Positions 63,317 to 64,000 of a stretch of DNA of 64,000 bases are shown one piece after another. The notes under the pieces are model-generated. The model saw only the letters and a list, made by a program, of their open reading frames with translations. It searched no databases and was not told where the DNA came from. The position numbers were made by a program, and so were the translations under genes. The stretch is taken from the IMG/VR virus record IMGVR_UViG_2928010679_000002; one strand, 5' to 3'. The DNA comes from a virus. Each line of letters starts with the position of its first letter. Position 1 is the first letter of the stretch.

Positions 63317-63499
63317 TCAATCTCGACGCATGTCGAGCTCTATTTGAGCGTCAAGTTGTTGCTTTGCCTGGTCGCGTTTCGCCGTTGCGGCTTCGAGCGC
63401 TGATGCCAATCTGACAACCTCTCGCTCGCATTCGTCGAATTCTTCTTGACGCTTTGTCAACGTTGCTTCGTGTCGCGCATCTTGTGCCATGCTTCCCAT
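63317..63499 (-). CDS. Small coiled-coil hypothetical protein
   Basis: 60 aa, convergent with the lysis cassette. Confidence 0.45.
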   Translation of the reverse strand: MGSMAQDARHEATLTKRQEEFDECEREVVRLASALEAATAKRDQAKQQLDAQIELDMRRD

Positions 63500-63834
63500 C
63501 TCTCGGTCCTCTTCAACTGTTCGTGCTGAATGACCTTAGCACACACTTTGGCGGTGCTGGTTGTGCGCTCGCACAGTATTTCGCGAGGGCCGCTGCCGCC
63601 TTGGACGGCCCCGTTGGTCTTCAGCGATGTGGCGGCGAGGCGCGTCGGCCTGGTGAGGATCCCCTCGGTGCCGCAGCGCGGCCGGTCAATGTGATTTCTT
63701 CCCATTTCCTACTTGTCGCCGGATCGCCGTCCGACATGCTGGGTTGGGCGTCGGAATATTCTTTGAATCCCCGCGAGGGGCGATGCGGGAAGCGCCATCC
63801 CTAGAACGAAACGCATCGAACAAAGATAAAAATC

Positions 63835-64000
63835 ATGCCTTTGCTCTACTTGCTATACCTGCAAACCGTTGCTTTGCCGAAGGTGGTGACCAGACCTGAA
63901 GACGTTCAGTATGTGAGCGTTTTGAAGGCAACGGGGCTTATCGAAGCGGACATAGCGACCGCTTTGGACCCCGTAGGCAAGTACCACGTGGCTCGGACGG
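63835..64000 (+). CDS. Hypothetical protein, partial (runs off the window end)
   Basis: MPLLYLLYLQTVALPKVVTRPEDVQYVSVLKATGLIEADI..., open to 64000. Confidence 0.55.
   Translation, partial: MPLLYLLYLQTVALPKVVTRPEDVQYVSVLKATGLIEADIATALDPVGKYHVART

Noticed and set aside
1-64000. CRISPR array, rRNA, IS elements
   Set aside because: No regularly spaced direct repeats, rRNA-like sequence or transposase motifs seen
63300-64000. attR / right prophage boundary
   Set aside because: attL lies outside the window, so no direct-repeat pair can be verified

Overview
Almost the whole window is one temperate prophage (about 63 kb) in a high-GC betaproteobacterial host; a Comamonadaceae/Variovorax-like host is an inference. 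The integrase runs off the left edge. Gene order: integrase/excisionase-like pair, leftward early operon (ERF + YqaJ exonuclease, KTSC, ASCH-like, MazG-like), lambdoid switch (cI/cro, five shared operators), DNA methyltransferase, PAPS-reductase-like protein, replication initiator, nin-like region, initiator-type tRNA-Met, terS/terL/portal, scaffold/major capsid, short-tail and ejection genes (no tape measure, sheath or tube recognised, so podovirus-like), a 3124-aa polyvalent protein, and holin/SAR endolysin/Rz-Rz1. Main unusual features: (1) two complete type IVa major-pilin-like genes with a sigma54 -24/-12 promoter and a likely activator site, inserted among the virion genes; (2) six copies of a promoter-like motif, C-tract-TAGGGTTCGAC plus a -10-like hexamer ending exactly 34 nt after the T of TAGGG, heading the tRNA and each late unit, four apparently giving leaderless mRNAs; (3) a cargo gene or cassette directly upstream of five of these motifs, including a DUF262 + HEPN-like candidate defence island and higBA; (4) a CsrA-like small protein in the head-tail module; (5) a +1 frameshift in a large tail gene. 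All protein family calls come from motif recognition by eye, not database searches.
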